Assembly: GCA_963823655.1 (NCBI GenBank)
Contig: CAWGMK010000010.1
Location: forward strand, 160,001-224,000
Source: an uncultured Bacillota bacterium
GTDB taxonomy: Bacteria > Bacillota > DTU025 > MWDF01
Direction: 5' to 3'
DNA: 64,000 nt
The notes beneath the pieces are model-generated. The model was not told the origin of the DNA, did no database searches, and was given only the letters and a program-made list of their open reading frames with translations. The position numbers were made by a program, and so were the translations under genes. Positions 62,869 to 64,000 of the stretch are shown here, piece by piece. Position 1 is the first letter of the stretch, and every line of letters begins with the position of its first letter.

Positions 62869-64000
62869 ATGATCGTGACGAACAATGCCGCGGTACTGAA
62901 AAGCCAGCTCATGCTGAAAGTCGCGGAGGCGGTGCTGGACGGGGAGCTGGTCGAGAAGGTAGACAGCATACCTGTCGGCATAAGGCCGAGGGGCCAGGCG
63001 TCCACGAGGTGCTGCATCTGGAGGGACAGGGCGATAATAAGATACAGGCTGATTGCCATCCTCGGGGGCAGGATCGAAGACGAGACCGACGAGATAAAGC
63101 CTCTTTCCGAATACGCGGCGGAGGCCCTTTCGAGGAAGTCGCCGGAAAAGCCGATACTCACCGTGCTTGATGAAATCATGCACTGCCTGCATAGAGGCCA
63201 ACTACTTCGTGACCAATGCGTGCAAGGGATGCCTTGCGAGGCCATGCACTATGCACTGCCCCAGCGATGCAATCCTGATTGAGGGGGAAAGCGCCCGTAT
63301 AATCCCCGAGAAGTGCACCAACTGCGGCAAGTGCCAGCAGGTCTGCCCGTACCACGCCATAATCTATGTGCCGGTGCCCTGCCAGGAGGCATGCCCGGTG
63401 GACTGCATACATAAAAACGATGAGGGCAAGATATACATAGACTTCGACAGCTGCATAATGTGCGGAAAATGCGTGAGGGCATGCCCGTTCAGTGCGGTCA
63501 TGGACCGATCGCAGATGGTGGATGTGCTCATAAGGCTCGGAAAAGCGCGAGATGAACGCGCTGCTGGCACCGGCAGTGGCGGGCCAGTTCGACGCCGAGA
63601 TCGAGCAGATTGTAGAGGCGGCCCATAAGCTGGGATTTACCAGGGTAATCGAAGTGGCATCCGGCGCTGACGAAGTGGCTTTGCACGAGGCGGAGGAGTT
63701 CAAGGTCAGGATGGGCAGGGGAGAGCCTTTCATGACCACCTCTTGCTGCTATGCATACACGGAGACGGTAAGAAAGCACATACCCGATCTGAAACGCTTC
63801 GTGGCATCCACGAAGACCCCCCTGGCCATAACTGCCGAGCGGGCCAGGGCGGAGCATCCGGGCGCGCTCAATGTCTTCATAGGCCCGTGCATAGCAAAGA
63901 AGCAGGAGGGCATGGACAACGACGATATCGACTATGTGCTGACTTTCGAGGAGTTCTCCACCATGCTAGACGCCCTGCGCATAGTCCCTGCAGAGCTGGC
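62869..64000 (+). CDS. Monomeric [FeFe]-hydrogenase with ferredoxin domains, 3'-truncated, 2 frameshifts
   Basis: RCC, CKGCLARPC, two CxxCxxCxxxCP; manual translation gives TTSCCYAY (L1) and GPCIAKKQE (L2). Confidence 0.88.

Noticed and set aside
1-64000. CRISPR arrays, IS transposases, integrases, rRNA
   Set aside because: No regularly spaced repeats, DDE or tyrosine-recombinase motifs, or rRNA-like sequence seen by eye.

Overview
Bacterial chromosomal window of about 58 genes, GC-rich in the core. Gene content points to an anaerobic, amino-acid-degrading, Bacillota-like and possibly diderm organism (inference). It holds three tRNAs (Asp-GTC, Gly-CCC, Thr-CGT), a 1.4-kb decayed element integrated at tRNA-Gly, two tandem S8 proteases, an ECF sigma/anti-sigma/HtrA module, cca-glxK-murD-folD, and a glycine cleavage operon carrying its own lipoate-assembly genes (LipM plus LipS1/LipS2, apparently fused). 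It also holds lpdA-tilS-ftsH, a five-gene flavin/Fe-S amino-acid dehydrogenase, cbrA/lysE/ant/MATE, a split UxaA, a methylmalonyl-CoA mutase operon and a truncated [FeFe]-hydrogenase. Roughly 20 single-base frameshifts, some in essential genes, indicate an unpolished assembly, so every gene-boundary claim needs read-level checking. The best novelty candidate is a secreted beta-propeller with an in-frame UGA in a C-D-T-U (CxxU) motif followed by a SECIS-like hairpin, i.e. a candidate new selenoprotein family. Next are a ~1,460-aa exported protein with ~52-55-aa all-beta repeats and the LipS1-LipS2 fusion.
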